A stretch of 64,000 nucleotides of DNA from Klebsormidium nitens. Lineage: Eukaryota > Plantae > Klebsormidiophyceae. The position numbers and the translations under genes are program-made. The notes under the pieces are model-generated. The model saw only the letters and a list, made by a program, of their open reading frames with translations. It was not told the origin of the DNA and made no database searches. Where the stretch lies: the NCBI GenBank assembly GCA_000708835.1, contig DF237362.1, positions 1 through 64,000 of the forward strand. Direction: 5' to 3'. Shown here in pieces: positions 1-12,500 of this stretch (positions within the stretch are counted from its first letter, which is position 1; each line of letters starts with the position of its first letter).

Positions 1-90
1 ATTTCAGTCTAGATGGATGTAATATATGCACAAGAACCAAGAAAAGCCTATAAGACGTAAATAAAACGCCTTTGGGGCGCTTTTCAACCA

Positions 91-174
91 TTTTAAAAGG
101 TTTTAAAACAGTTTTAAAACGGGCGAAGCAAGCCAAACGGGGTGTTTTACTCCGCACATGACATGTTTTAAAAC
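91..174. repeat. Cluster of TTTTAAAA / GTTTTAAAAC palindromic motifs, probably subterminal repeats of a TE extending left of the window
   Basis: TTTTAAAA at 91, 101, 112 and 166; the TE origin is inference. Confidence 0.4.
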
Positions 175-752
175 TAGAGTTGCCACCCCGGGCCAAATAG
201 ATGCGGGCAGGTTCATGTAGATATGACTGTATTGAACTGGAATTGGAGACAGGATAAAAACAAGAATAGGTGCCGTAAAATTGCAGGATAGGTAGGTAGT
301 GTCCTAGGCTGCGGGTGGAGAATACAGTAACTCACCGCTGCACACTGCCAACTTACTCTAGCTCCAGTGATTACCACACTAGCAAGTACGACGAAGCATT
401 CTCCTTTTGTTAGTGTCTCAGGCTTCAAATAGTGTGAAAACGTTACACACGCGGGATCATAGGCTCTCAAGGTGTCCGCGTGGAATCAAATGTCAGATCA
501 GGTCCTTCGATCAAAACTTTGTCAGAGTTGTCAGCTTTTACCGTACAGTATGCGGTACGGACTCGGTACAGATGGGGACCGAGTCAGAGAAAGTGGCTAC
601 CTAGTACATTCACTAAACCAAAAGGACTCTGCCCGTGACAGTGACGAACCCTAATGTCACTGGAAAATGACGTAACCCTAACAAAACGCTAGTCGATTGC
701 CACGAACCGTCACAGGTTTGCAACATAACCCTACTGTCACAGTGAAGCCCCG

Positions 753-803
753 GTCACTGTCAATGTCACTGTCAGCGTCACTGTCAGCGTCACTGTCACT
801 GTC
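753..803. repeat. Degenerate GTCACT/GTCAGC hexamer array
   Basis: gtcactgtcaatgtcactgtcagcgtcactgtcagcgtcactgtcactgtc read directly. Confidence 0.75.
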
Positions 804-1479
804 GCAAAAGGGACAATCTACACTATTGTATTAGTGTCTCCGGTCGATCTGTCAGAGTAAATACTCTCACCGGGCGTCAATCTGTGCAGGCATTGGTTGA
901 TGGTCTGACATGTGTCAGAGTGATCTGTTTGCTCAATGCTTGGATGCGGGAGTCCGGTCCTCTTTGACCGGGCACCGGCATGGTACCGAGCTATTTCCCA
1001 GTTTCCCGGTGACACTGCACAGTGCACAGTCACTGCCTTTTCAGTCACAGTCACAGTCACAGTCTAGGTACCTCTTAAAGTGTCCAGTGTCAAGACCCAC
1101 AGTATGAGTCACAATTGGTTTCCGGCAGGTAAAAAAGCGCCACAGTTTACGGTCACAATTAAGGTTTAATCGTGTCTCAGTCTCAGTCACAGTTACAGTC
1201 TCAACCACAGTCACAGTGTCAATCATAAAACAAAGTTACAGTCACAGTCACCGTATTAGGTAGCTTTAAAAAAGATTCAAACCTGATTGACACAGAAAGA
1301 TTTGGCGGTCGTCCAGCTACCCGGCCGGCGATAGCAAGTGCCCGGATGACTGCTGTGCAGGTATGGTACCTACCGGCCAGCTTCATAGATTTGTTCATTT
1401 ATGGTCGCGGCACGGGAGGGTGTTAACACAGAAGAATTTACGGAGACACTAATATAATAGTGTACTTTGTCCTACTTGC
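804..1479. mobile_element. Non-autonomous TIR element (Mutator-like MITE), 676 bp, 39-bp imperfect TIRs, 9-bp flanking direct repeat
   Basis: 804-842 GCAAAAGGGACAATCTACACTATTGTATTAGTGTCTCCG matches the reverse complement of 1441-1479 at 33/39 positions. GTCACTGTC flanks both sides (795-803 and 1480-1488). A 9-bp TSD is typical of MULEs. Confidence 0.55.
1042..1252. repeat. CAGTCA/CAGTTA/CAGTCT hexamer arrays inside the TIR element
   Basis: cagtcacagtcacagtcacagtc at 1042-1064 and further degenerate runs at 1174-1252. Confidence 0.7.
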
Positions 1480-4064
1480 GTCACTGTCCTAACCACAGCC
1501 CGTAACCACTGTCAGAGTCGCGACTTTGATGACTTCAGGTGTTTGCATGTGTTTTACACCTATTTGGCGGGGCAGAGACACTAACAAAAGGAGAATGCTT
1601 TGATAGTTTTGCACCACTGTAAATCGGTACCAATGCCACATGGCATGCATGAGAGTCGAGATTGAGACGCGTCACGCGACACACTTTCCGAACCTTTAAA
1701 TGATTGTATCCGTAAAAACCGCCAACAGTGACGCAAAGTGTACGGTGTACCTTTCTTCAAGTAATTGATAGCTTCTGGGGTATGACACGTCACTTACTCT
1801 GAAAAACTGCGTCACAACAGCTTCGTCTTTCTAGATATTTACGTCATGTGTGCGTCAAAAACTGCTGACACAAGGTGACGTTGTGGTGCAAGCCAATATC
1901 TGGTAGTGATAGCATGCCATCACATTCACATCCCTGGACCCTGACCACTATAAAGCAGCACAACTACCAGTAAGGTGCCGTCAGCATACCGGTATATAGT
2001 ACCTACCAAGGACCTTTAGTGTACCGGTAATACCGTACCTATTGCCTACAGGTATTAATTGGTATCATTATTGATGTCCGCAATGTTCGAAGAATATTTG
2101 ACATGGGACGAGGGCGAATTGAAATCCCGACAGGAAATAGGTACACTACGGTATCCATAATATTCGTTCTGGTAGACCCACGTAGGCCGTATCACCCACA
2201 ACATTGGCGTTGCCAATATGGCCCAAAACAGTCCTGCGACCTGCGGCCACCAGCCTGAAATTCAGGAGAATGAGTTGGAAATTGAGACAATACTTTTTCA
2301 CCACACCGACGGTGACCGACCCACATCACAGCATCGGTGGCTCATCGGTGGGAGGGTGTTCATAGCTTATAGCCCAAGCTTCTACCTAAGCTTACACCGT
2401 GAGAAGGATACCTAAATGACCGGTCACCGGACAAGAAGTGACCAGTACCGCAAAGCGCGCTTTGCGCGGCCCGCGCAGCGCCCTTCACTCAAGTGTGCCA
2501 CCTAGACGATAACGGTGGTCACTGGTGGGTATTGTGACTCGTGAGAGTATGCAATCGTTGAGCGATTGATCCGCGATTGATGTGAATAACCCGGATTCGG
2601 TGATTTCAATATCTTCTCACGTGCTCAACTGGAAAGCTGCCGTCACGGTCACCTGCCTATTCGATTCTGCGCCAAATCATGATTGCCATCTGTCGTGAGA
2701 TTTGACATGGCGTGTGGGTGACCTCTGCAAAACGTCATCATTAGTCAGACGATGGCAGCCGGGTTGCCGCGTGGCTCCTGCGCAGGAATAGGCACCATGA
2801 GGGGACTCGGAAGCTGATCCTCCCGGCCGCCACCTCAAATGCAATGCAAGGGAGAAGAACTCGATTTCTTTCGACAGCACGAGGCCCTTCCAGGGCTTTG
2901 CGCAACAAGAAATGCTTTACAGGGGCCTTCACTTTCCACCTAGATGATGTCGCCAGTTGGAGAGGAACCAATTTTGCAGGAAAGAAGCCTGGGGCTCAAG
3001 TGTCTGCAAGCTTGGCAAGAGCGGGCAAGAGGGGGGTGATGGTCTTCCCTTTCCGACTTCGCGGCTTCGTTAAATGTGAGCCCTGCTGTTCCTTGGTCTT
3101 TGGTAGCTTGAAGTGCCGAAAGGATGATGGTAAAGCTCTGCGTCTTTGTTGTAGGGTATATAGCATAGTGTCTTTACCCTGCCCGTGGCTAGTATCATAT
3201 AAGCATCTGGCAAAGGCTGGATATGGAGCCTTTTACCCACATTGCCTCTCCTGTTGCAGAGCCACGCAGGGCGAGCTATGCTCTGACTGCAACTCCCAAA
3301 GCAATGTTCTCTTTCCGGAGAACGATTCTGTATTTTGTTGGTCCTCTAGAGTGATTTTTCTGGAACAAGGATTTGGATGTTCCTGTCTGTTGCATTTGCA
3401 TGATTGCATTTGGATTATACCTATGTGCTTGGATGCTTAAAGTCCTCGCAGAGATGTATCCTTGTTTCCGTGCGCTCCCAAAGGCCTGCCCTTAGGAGCT
3501 CACTTTCAGGGGTGCATTATGGCACTTGCAATTTGCGGCTGACGCACACTAGCTGCTGAATCTTCTGACCTTATCCATCACTGAAAGCGAGCAGACCACC
3601 CAGATTGCAGATGCAATGTAGTTTGGGAAGATAACAAGGGTCGAACAAGCTCCAACGCCCTGCACGAAAAGCCCTGTCTTTCCTTATGCTATGCCTGTTC
3701 TTTGTCTCACCTTCCACGGAGTTCTTCTCTTTGTCAAGGTTTCCACTTGCTTGATCTGCGGAGCTGCTTCAAATTGCTGCACAGCTCTGGGGTTGTTCAC
3801 AGGGAGAAGTGTCCTCTGAAGATGCCTCTCGCTTTCTGTTGCAGGATTACAATGAGTGGCCTGCTGCAAAGAGATGCTTATTGGGCTTCAGGGCTTCCTT
3901 AGAGCCTGGCATGGTGCTAAAATGCATGTCAAGTGACAAGGTGCTAAAAGGAGAAACGACAGGCACTTTGTTGTTTGGAGATCGACTACAATGATAAGCG
4001 GGAGCGTCTGAGGCTGCATTCAAGAAGTGAAGAAGGTGTGTGAGAGGGCGTGCCGTGAAGCAGG

Positions 4065-7000
4065 ATGGACGTGGGCTTGGACAAGCAGCGCAGTGGATCT
4101 CATGGGGGGTCAGAGTCTGGGCGGTCGTTTCGGAGCAGCCCCCGGGGCTTGGATTTAGAAACTGTTGCGCCGGAGGAGGATGAGTCGGAGCCAGAGACCG
4201 CCGTTTCGCAGAACGGCGCGCCCCTCCCTGGTTCAGAGGACCTTGCATGGAATCGGGACGCGATAGATCCTCAGGAAGAGGAATTGTATACGGAGAAGCC
4301 TCTCATTCCCAAGCAGCGGGGCCAAGGTGATGAAGCATCCGGTCGCGCGAGGGGATGGAATCTGGAGGAGGGGGGGCGCATGCTGCCCCCCCTGGAGGAG
4401 AATTCTGGTGGCCGAGGGGGGCGCGTGCCCATCGTGGGGGGGGTCGGGCCCGAAGGGGGGGGGGTGGGGCGAGTGGCGAGGGGAGAGGAGGTGCGAGGGG
4501 AGAGGAGGCGCNNNNNNNNNNNNNNNNNNNNCTGCCCATCTGGGGGGGGTGGGCCCAAGGGGGGGGGTGGGGCATGCAGGGGAGAGAGGTGCAGGGGAGA
4601 GAGGCGCTGATGAGCATGCGGAGAGTTCCAGGGATGCGGGGGGCTCTCCTGGCATGACGCATCATGCTGGTAGGGAGCGGGGAACTACGATAGCAGGCGC
4701 AGAGGGGCTGGGTTCAAGGGGTGAGTGGGGCAGCGCGTTTCGAGCTTTAGCATGGGCTCTGATCTTGCCTGCTGTGGGAGCTTAGGATGATCAAGGAAGC
4801 CGCCTTTTGTTGTCTCATGCATCATATTTGGTGCGACAATCTCATTGTCTGAGAAAGCAGACCAGTGGATGGATTGGCCAGGCTGAGCTTTTGCTGTCCT
4901 AGCTGGTAGCATGGGGTCCAAGCTCAGAGATGCACGGCCAGCTGTTTGAAAAGGTTATCTTAATTCTAATTCTCTTTTGTCGTTAGATTGCTGCTGCTGT
5001 CCAGCTTTTTCACGTTCTGGCATAGTCTGTGCGTACTTTGGGGGATCAGTGATTACATCTGCTGGGGTGTTCAATTCCCTCAACCCTTGATTGAATTGGA
5101 TCTTTGATCACAGATTTCAAATGCTTGCAATCTCCATAGATTCACTTTAATATGCACATCTTCCAGGTTTTCATGTCTTCTCACCGCTCACAGTGAGCCA
5201 GTATATGAGTTGCAAGTGCATCATTTACCATGCCCTGCTGCGTTTGCAAACAAACTGAACCCCCCCTCTGCTCCTCTCCACAGAAGCGGGCCCCGCTCAC
5301 CCCTCGTCTTTCCAAGGACCCACGTTTCCCCCCCGCCCCGTTGGCCTTGGGATTGCCCCCCTCATCCCCAATCTCAGCGGTATCGACCCCCGCTCCCTCG
5401 CGGCTTCCACCTGGTCTCGCACTGAAGCCTCGAAATGGGCTGCCCCTAATGTCGCGGGACTGCTCAATGCTTCTGCCCCTGCTGTGTCCCTTGGGGGATC
5501 CCCCCTGTTACCTGGCCCTCGCAGGCCCCCAGAGGCCCCCGCCGCAGTTCTCCCCGTGCCTGAGGACTTGGCTGCGCGTGCGAGCGGGGCGTGGCATGCG
5601 TCCCTGGGGCACCATGGCGTGCCACCTGGCACGCAGGGATTGGGTGCCGTGCCCAACTTGGCACTGGGGTCTAAGCCGTTTCCGGGTGACAAGGCGCGGC
5701 CTGAGTTGCAGTGGGCCTCGCCAGGCACTCCGTCGCTTGGAGGGGGGTCGGAGTGGGTGCGGGCCCCTCAGCATGAACGTGCCCAGGTTAGGGACGCCAA
5801 GGTTAGCGAGAAACCCAGCTGGTTAAGTCTAGAGCTCACCGCCACCCCCCACGAGCGGCAGGACACTGAGACCAAGTCGGGAGCTGCGAAATTAGATGCG
5901 GTCCCTGGGTCACACCCTCTCGCTCCAAGCCCGTCCCCCCTCCTACAGGCCTTGCAGAAAATATCCCCAGATGGCGCGAGGGGAGGCCGCCACCTGGCGA
6001 GCACGGGCCAGGCCGCTCAGCTTGTAGAGGAACAGTCGGCGTGGTACGAACAGTTCAAGGCCAACATCTCGAGCATTGCAGCGTCTGCAGAAACAGTGCC
6101 TGTCAGCACCTGGGCGCACGTGCAAGGCGCTGCAATGAAGCCCCCCTCCCCCGTCTTCCCGAGCCCAGTGCGCCCGCCGGCGACTTCGGCTTTCCACAGC
6201 GTGGCTCTAGACACGCGGCCGAGACAGCCGCAAGAGGAGCCTCGGGGGGCCCGAAAGGAAGCCGACTTGCTGTCGCGGATGGAAGGCAGAGAGGCGGGGC
6301 CGGTAGAGAGGGGCGGCATCGAGCCTGCTGTTGCGCAGGCCGCGGGGCTCATCTTCGGGGGCAGCTACAACGCCGTGGTTGAGGCTGCTCGCTCGAAGGC
6401 GTTGAGGGAGATCAAGGGGATCGCGCTGCCGCCCCTCCTGACCAGCACGGAAGCTTCAAGGCATTCCGCCGTGCCAACCCTCACGCAGTTTTCTGTTGCG
6501 CCCCCTACGGGCGCTCCAATGGGTATTCCCCCCCGCGCTCTTTTTGCCTTCTTGTCCGCCTCACAGCCCACCGGTCCTGCACGGCGCTTGCAAGACGTTC
6601 GGATGGACCCCCTTAAGCCCCTCGAGCTTTCCAGCTCCGCCTTGGGGGGGTCCCGCGACACCCGCGCCGACACCCCCCCCCTGGGAGAAGCCGCGTTGCC
6701 GTACAGCGTGTTTGGGGGATCATCCCCCGCGTCTGTCTCTCTGCGCAACTGGGCCGCTCAGTCGGGCACTTCGTCCGTCGCGTCGCTGGACGTGAGCTCT
6801 GCGGTGGGGGTCAAACCGCTGCGGAAACGGTCGCACGAGGGTCTGGATGCGGGGGAGGAACGGAGGCTGGCCCGTCAGAGGTCATTCGACACGGGCAACA
6901 AGAAGCAGAAGGGGAAGAGTGGGCGCTCGCAGGAGCCGCCCCTGAATCTGACGCTGGAGCTGGGCTCGGGAGAAGCGCCGAACGAGGATTGGCGCGCCGC

Positions 7001-8227
7001 GCAACCGCATCCAACAGCTCGGCGACCGAGTCCGCCGCAGTTACTGGCGCCAGGTACGTCCTCTGGGGTTGTGGTCACGATTCTCTACTGAAGTAGCCTT
7101 CAACGTTTGGCTGAAGTCCTGACATGCTGTGTCCAATTGGTGACCATCGTCGAGATAGTGATCAAATCTCGGTACGACGGCCCTTAGTGTAACTCCTGAA
7201 TGCGGATGTCGTTGCCTGCACTGAGGGCTATGTACGTGGAGCAAGACGGGCCCGCTTGAGAAGGCACACTAGGTTCATCTTTCTGCTTCGTGCACTGCAT
7301 CCAGGTTCACTGACTACAGTGAATCTTCGATTACTACTCACTCTGGCATCCGCGAGTCCCTGCCCAAACAAGACCGACGCCGGGATTCTATCTCCCACTT
7401 GTAATGAATTCTCTCAGTTGCATCGACATGTTGTTGACGAGCTGTGACGGCAGCAATTGTCGGACTCGACGATTCTGACGAGTCAAATGGTGAATAGAAG
7501 TGCACGTGTCATTTTCACAGGTGACGCCATGGCATCGGTCGCCGCCAGCACGGCATATGCCGCTTACCTGGACAGCATGAAGGCGGGTATGTCCCTGTCT
7601 GCGATCGGAGGCCCTGCGCGCGCCTCGACGCCCACCGCCAGCTCGTCAGGCTCGGGACCTGGAGTGAGCGCCGGCCAAAACAGGGCCCTGGGGGGCTCCC
7701 TGCTCTGGCGGAGCAGCAGCAGCGAGACGTGGAACTCTGACGCTGAAAGGGGGCCACAAGGGGAGGTCCCACACGAGGGAAGCACCCCGGGCAAAAAGTG
7801 GGGGTCAGCCGAATCGCTCCCTATTCACCGGATAAGCAGCGGGTGCGGAGGGCGGGTTTGGGAACAGGCGCCGGTTCCAACGGTGGGGTTTGGGGTTCCC
7901 GGGGTTTCTGCTTTTAAGGAGGTCCGGGCGAAGGAGGGGGCCATACGGGAAGCTGCCGGGGGGGGCCGCGCGGCGCTCCTGGATGCGGGGAGTCGGGGCG
8001 TCTCACCAATTGCTAGCAGTCAGCAGTCGCTCACTCAGTCTAGCGGGACGGAGGGGGGGGCCGGGCGGTCGATGGCCAGCATTCTAGGCGGGTACAGAGC
8101 AAAGCTGCCCGGTTGGCCGGACAAGCCCATGCCGGCGGACGAATATTTAGAAGCCCTCCAAAGCAGCCAGTTCCGGCTGAACGTCGACGTACGGGAGCAA
8201 AACCCCCGCGAGGGCAAACCCCAGTGA
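4065..8227 (+). CDS. Large low-complexity (Pro/Gly/Ser/Ala-rich) hypothetical protein; exons about 4065-4720 (crosses N gap), 5284-7053, 7521-8227; 5' end unresolved
   Basis: Long open frames. Phase-consistent junctions AGG G|gtgag(4721)...cacag|AA GCG(5284) and CCA G|gtacg(7054)...cacag|GT GAC(7521). Contains a basic patch (RKRSHE...KKQKGK) and LNLTLEL. No recognisable folded domain. Confidence 0.6.
4512..4531. other. Assembly gap (20 N)
   Basis: Run of 20 n, flanked by two noisy versions of the same G-rich ~85-nt sequence. Confidence 0.95.
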
Positions 8228-9527
8228 CGTGAGTTGTTGTCCTATTCCGCGATGTTTGGGCAGCCAAAGAGGGCCGTGCTGGCCTATGTGTATAGACTAT
8301 GCTAGCTTTCGCTTCTTGTGTTGCTTCTGGTATACCTTGTGCTAACAAGTCTGAGTCGGTAGCTTAGCTCCCTATGTGGGGCGTTGACTTCCTTTCCTGA
8401 ACGATAGCAGCACCTTAACTTAGCCTGTTACTTCTGGATTACGTCCTGTATTAGTCACTGAAGGGAGCGCGTTAGAGTAGAAGGGGCCACCTCAAAACAA
8501 TGCCACCTTAGCGCGTTGGTAAACGACATTCTTTGACCTTATATACCCTGGATTCAAAACCTCTGTATGCCTGTCAAGCACCACTACTTGCCTTCGCTCC
8601 AAGGAAGCAATTCATCATGTGCAGACGGTAATTGTTCCGCGAGGATCCTAGGGCTAGCCTCGACTGGCCCGGCCGCCTTTGCTCGACATACTATAAGATC
8701 CGTTCATATGGCTTCATAATAGATAATTCAGCATGTACGTCCAGCGCCCAAGCGCTGGTATGCCTAGGCCGTGAAGCGCCTCACAATCAAATTCCAAAAC
8801 ATTTGTGTGCTTCACGAGGAGCTTATGCCCAATCTGGCTCATTTACGATTACGGAGACTGAACACATGCAGGCGCGGGCCATGTACGTCACATGAGCTTA
8901 ATGAATGCTCCGTACAGTTCGAGTATAATCTTGACTGGGAGGTCCGTCTGACATATACATAGGAGTGCATGCAAGGAACTTGCCACGCTAAGTCCGAGAA
9001 GTGACTGCGCATATTGCTCCTTTCAGGCCGGGCCGCTCACGCACGTTTTAAGTGTCAACAAGATAATTGCAAGAAGCCTGTTAACGCTCCACCATGCATC
9101 GAAACAACTGCGAACACTTTTGGACGTTGACAAGGCACTAATACCATGAAGGAGGTTGACAACGCCCAGAAGTGCTATATCAGCGCAACTTGGCAGTAGA
9201 GGTATACTGTCGCACATTAGAGATACGGGCATGGATTTCCAAACCTCAAACCAAAAAGCAACCGTTTGTAACATCTATCTCTACCGCATCCGGACCGTGG
9301 GCTTCCATGGAACTTTAGCCTCATAAATGCTACGATCATGAACCAACTGACGACACTTGTGGCCGTCGCAATTAGATAGCCCCTGTATCACTAGCACCTA
9401 TAGTTACCAACAAAAGTGAAGACCTCAACCAAATCGAAGCACTACCTTTTGGACCGTCGATTAAGTGTTTGTTCCCCTATCTAAACCTAACGAACTAGGG
9501 CAACTAATCAAAGGCATCGAGGTGTTT

Positions 9528-12500
9528 TCATTGTGATACTCCACTCTCATGACGGGAGATCAGCGGCTCGCCAAACTTGACGGGCAGGTGGATGAAGTTG
9601 TCGACCCGGGTGTGCCACTTGACCACGAAATCGAACACTGCCAACACAGGAGCGGTGCCCGGTCAGCGGAATGCGCAGTCGGGATAAGGTGAAGCGACGG
9701 CGTACGCAACTGGGCAATTCAGGGGCTTTTCGGGCAGCTTCGCACACCCGAGATCAGCGATCAATTTCGATCAGTCATAAACCCAAATGGAGCGTATCCC
9801 TGGTGCTGCACACTGCTGAGTTGGGGCCTGCACTCGGCCAATCGCCCGATATACTTCGTAACGCCTCCGAGATGTTTGGAGGTGCATTTGCCAGGCTGTC
9901 CTCCGATGCCCGACTGACCGTCTAAGGATCGTTTACTCACTTAAATCTGCTCATCTTGGAGCGAAGAACAATGCTCTCACTGGCAGCTTTGGGCAGCGGA
10001 AAAGCAACGGAAGCGCGTTTGTTCCTTTGAAAGACCAAGGTCCTTATCACGGGAGGGTAAATATCGCGAGGTCATCACGTTCTTTGACAACAAACTGTCA
10101 AAGACGCAACAGAAGCTTTCACAGGGTCACACTGCTCGTATCGCAGGTTTCGTTGGAAGCCAAAGACAAAGCGCAGTTTAGGCGACCGCCGGGCAGGCCC
10201 CCTCACCCGGGATGTCGCTCTCGTCGCTGCCGAAGGGCTCGGCGAGGTTGTTGGCGAGCTCGCGCAGGCCGAGGAAGGCGTAGACGTTGAGGAAGCACGC
10301 GAAGATGCCCCAGTAGTAGCTGTAGAAGATCCACTGGTACGCCAACAGGAGCAGCCACAAATTGTTTACCAGGCTGATGTAGTGGTACATCGCAAACGGC
10401 ACCTGCGCAGAAACCGGGTACGGTTTGGGGCTTGTTGATTCAGGTTTAGTACGGTTGGCTCGTGCTGTTGGCTTGTCACAAAAGAAGGTCCGGTGAAGGA
10501 AAAGTAAGTGCACGAAGGGCGAGAGGTTCTCAATAGGATTGGTTGATTGATGCACGACCAGTGGCATCGTCGGAATCTAACAATCCGCTATTCCATCAAA
10601 CAGACCTGTATTGCAACAGAGAGTTAAAAAGCGCCATGGATCGAATGCAACAGCTTCTCGGGTAGCGCGTAAGTCAGGAGACTGCGGGTCCTGCGTCAGG
10701 AATAGATAGACACTCTCCGGTATCGACACAGTGCCGTTAGCATCACGGGCTGTATCCAGACCATCGCAATGCTCTGCCTATGCTCCCACCACTTGCGGGG
10801 CTCTGGTTGCATCTGTCCCGACCAACGTGGGCAGAAGCCCATCTCGAGCCAACGTCAGCAAAAGCAGAAGACCTTAGCAACAACTAAGAAGGCCTGGACT
10901 TGTTCCGCCAAGTTGCCTTTCCAGACCGGGAGACGCGCAGGCGAATGAGCTCACCGGCTGTTCGGTGGTTGCATAAAGGGCGAAGAAGTTATTCTGGATG
11001 TCCCTCATCTGGCCCCCCAGCTCCGCCGCCACGTTATCGCCAATCTTGCCCGCCTTCACGTACTCCCACAGCAGCTGACTGCAGCTCGTCGTGATCTGCA
11101 ACAGGTGGGTGAGACACCGGTCAGCTCGATCAGCCAACGACTGCGTCACAAAGTCTCTGAAGGGTAATCGCCAGGCCGGATGCGCAGAACATGGGACATC
11201 GGCAAAACGACCTGAGTGATGACATGGGATCCAATCAGACGGGAACAAAGGCGGCCAACCGGAGTGGTCGCCGGACGTAGAACCCAGACAGCCCAGCCCG
11301 ACTGTCCAATGCACGTTCCTGAAACCCACTGAAGTGATGCCAAGCGTCGAATATTACCCCATCAACATCGAATCAGGTAGCTTCGAAAGGAAGGCAAGTC
11401 ATCAGATCAAGAGTCAGCGTGAGAGAAGCCCTCCGCCAATCGGCACTGAGAGCACTGTCCACAAGGAGTCCTACAAGGACAACTCACTGTGAGCAACCCT
11501 TTTCAACAGGCTTACCATTGCCATTGGCCATCAAGTGGGATCGGCCCTTTTCCTTGAGACACCGCTTCAAGCGAACCCAAACTTTAGGAAGGTATTTTAT
11601 TTGGCCGTCCCGTTGAACCATGCCCTCAGCAAACAAGGTCAGTACCAGTTAGACAGATCTTCTTTTCAGGGATCCCTTTGACTTCAGCTCTTCCCTTTCC
11701 CTAGTCACAACCCCGAGTCGACTTTGAGAGCCCATAAGAACTTAGTAAGCATTGACTAATCCGGTGAGACTTCGTTTCAAACTCGACCTCGAATCCGTGC
11801 ACAAAACCAAACAACTGTTGAGAACTTCTTCTGTCAACTGTCAACTGTCAAACTTCTTCTCAACAGAAGTTTGACTCCAAAGGCTGAGCTGCAGCAGAAG
11901 CAGTGCGCGGCCGGCCCGACCCACCTCGGTGATGGGGTACTCCCCAACGGGCACCTTCATGAGCGCCTCCCTATCTGAAGCGCTGATGAGGCCGTACTCG
12001 TTGACCTTGGCCCACGCCCACTCGTCGACGCCGTTCTCGCGGTACGACGGCAGCCAGCCGAAACCCAGATACACCTGATAGAAAACGAATTTTGCAGGTC
12101 ATAAGGTCGTTTTATAATTTGGGGGATGGGTGACGAGAAGGGGTTGTGTTGGCGCTCTCGGAAGGTGCACTCATACCTCATGCGAGGGTCACCCGGGACC
12201 AATTTCCGGCCAGAAAGATTCTTCGTTCCGTCTGGTAAGAGGCTGGCATCTCTCTGCAGTATCGAACTCACCGGGCAACTGAATGAAGTGCCGAACTGAT
12301 TTAAAAAGAATGCAACTTTAGTGCTGAATTGCAGTTGGGGGAAGCCGATCTCAGTATGCAGGTGTCCGAGTCAGTGTTCTCTTGCGTTGCACGTCCCCTG
12401 CTGAAGCAAGGTTGCTGTAAGTCCGGTTACTATTGATCCACTTGCTGCACCTTCTGGTCCACAGACTGACCTGTGCCACTACCCAGCGCGCAACAGTCGC

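Noticed and set aside
175-185. TAGAGTTGCCA, resembling a hAT terminal inverted repeat; adjacent CTAG resembling a Helitron 3' end
   Set aside because: No convincing partner TIR with an 8-bp TSD found, and the CTAG is not followed by T or preceded by a clear hairpin.
2450-2465. Perfect 16-bp palindrome GCAAAGCGCGCTTTGC
   Set aside because: A single short palindrome with no second copy or context; can arise by chance in 64 kb.
2844-3440. 198-aa ORF and a kinase-like LLHSSGVVHR string near 3770
   Set aside because: No other kinase motifs and no consistent exon chain; probably 5' exons/introns of the downstream gene or chance.
4427-4610. Apparent tandem duplication of a G-rich ~85-nt unit on both sides of the N gap
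   Set aside because: The left copy looks like the right copy with scattered extra bases around homopolymers, typical of a low-quality contig end overlapping the next contig. Treated as an assembly artifact.
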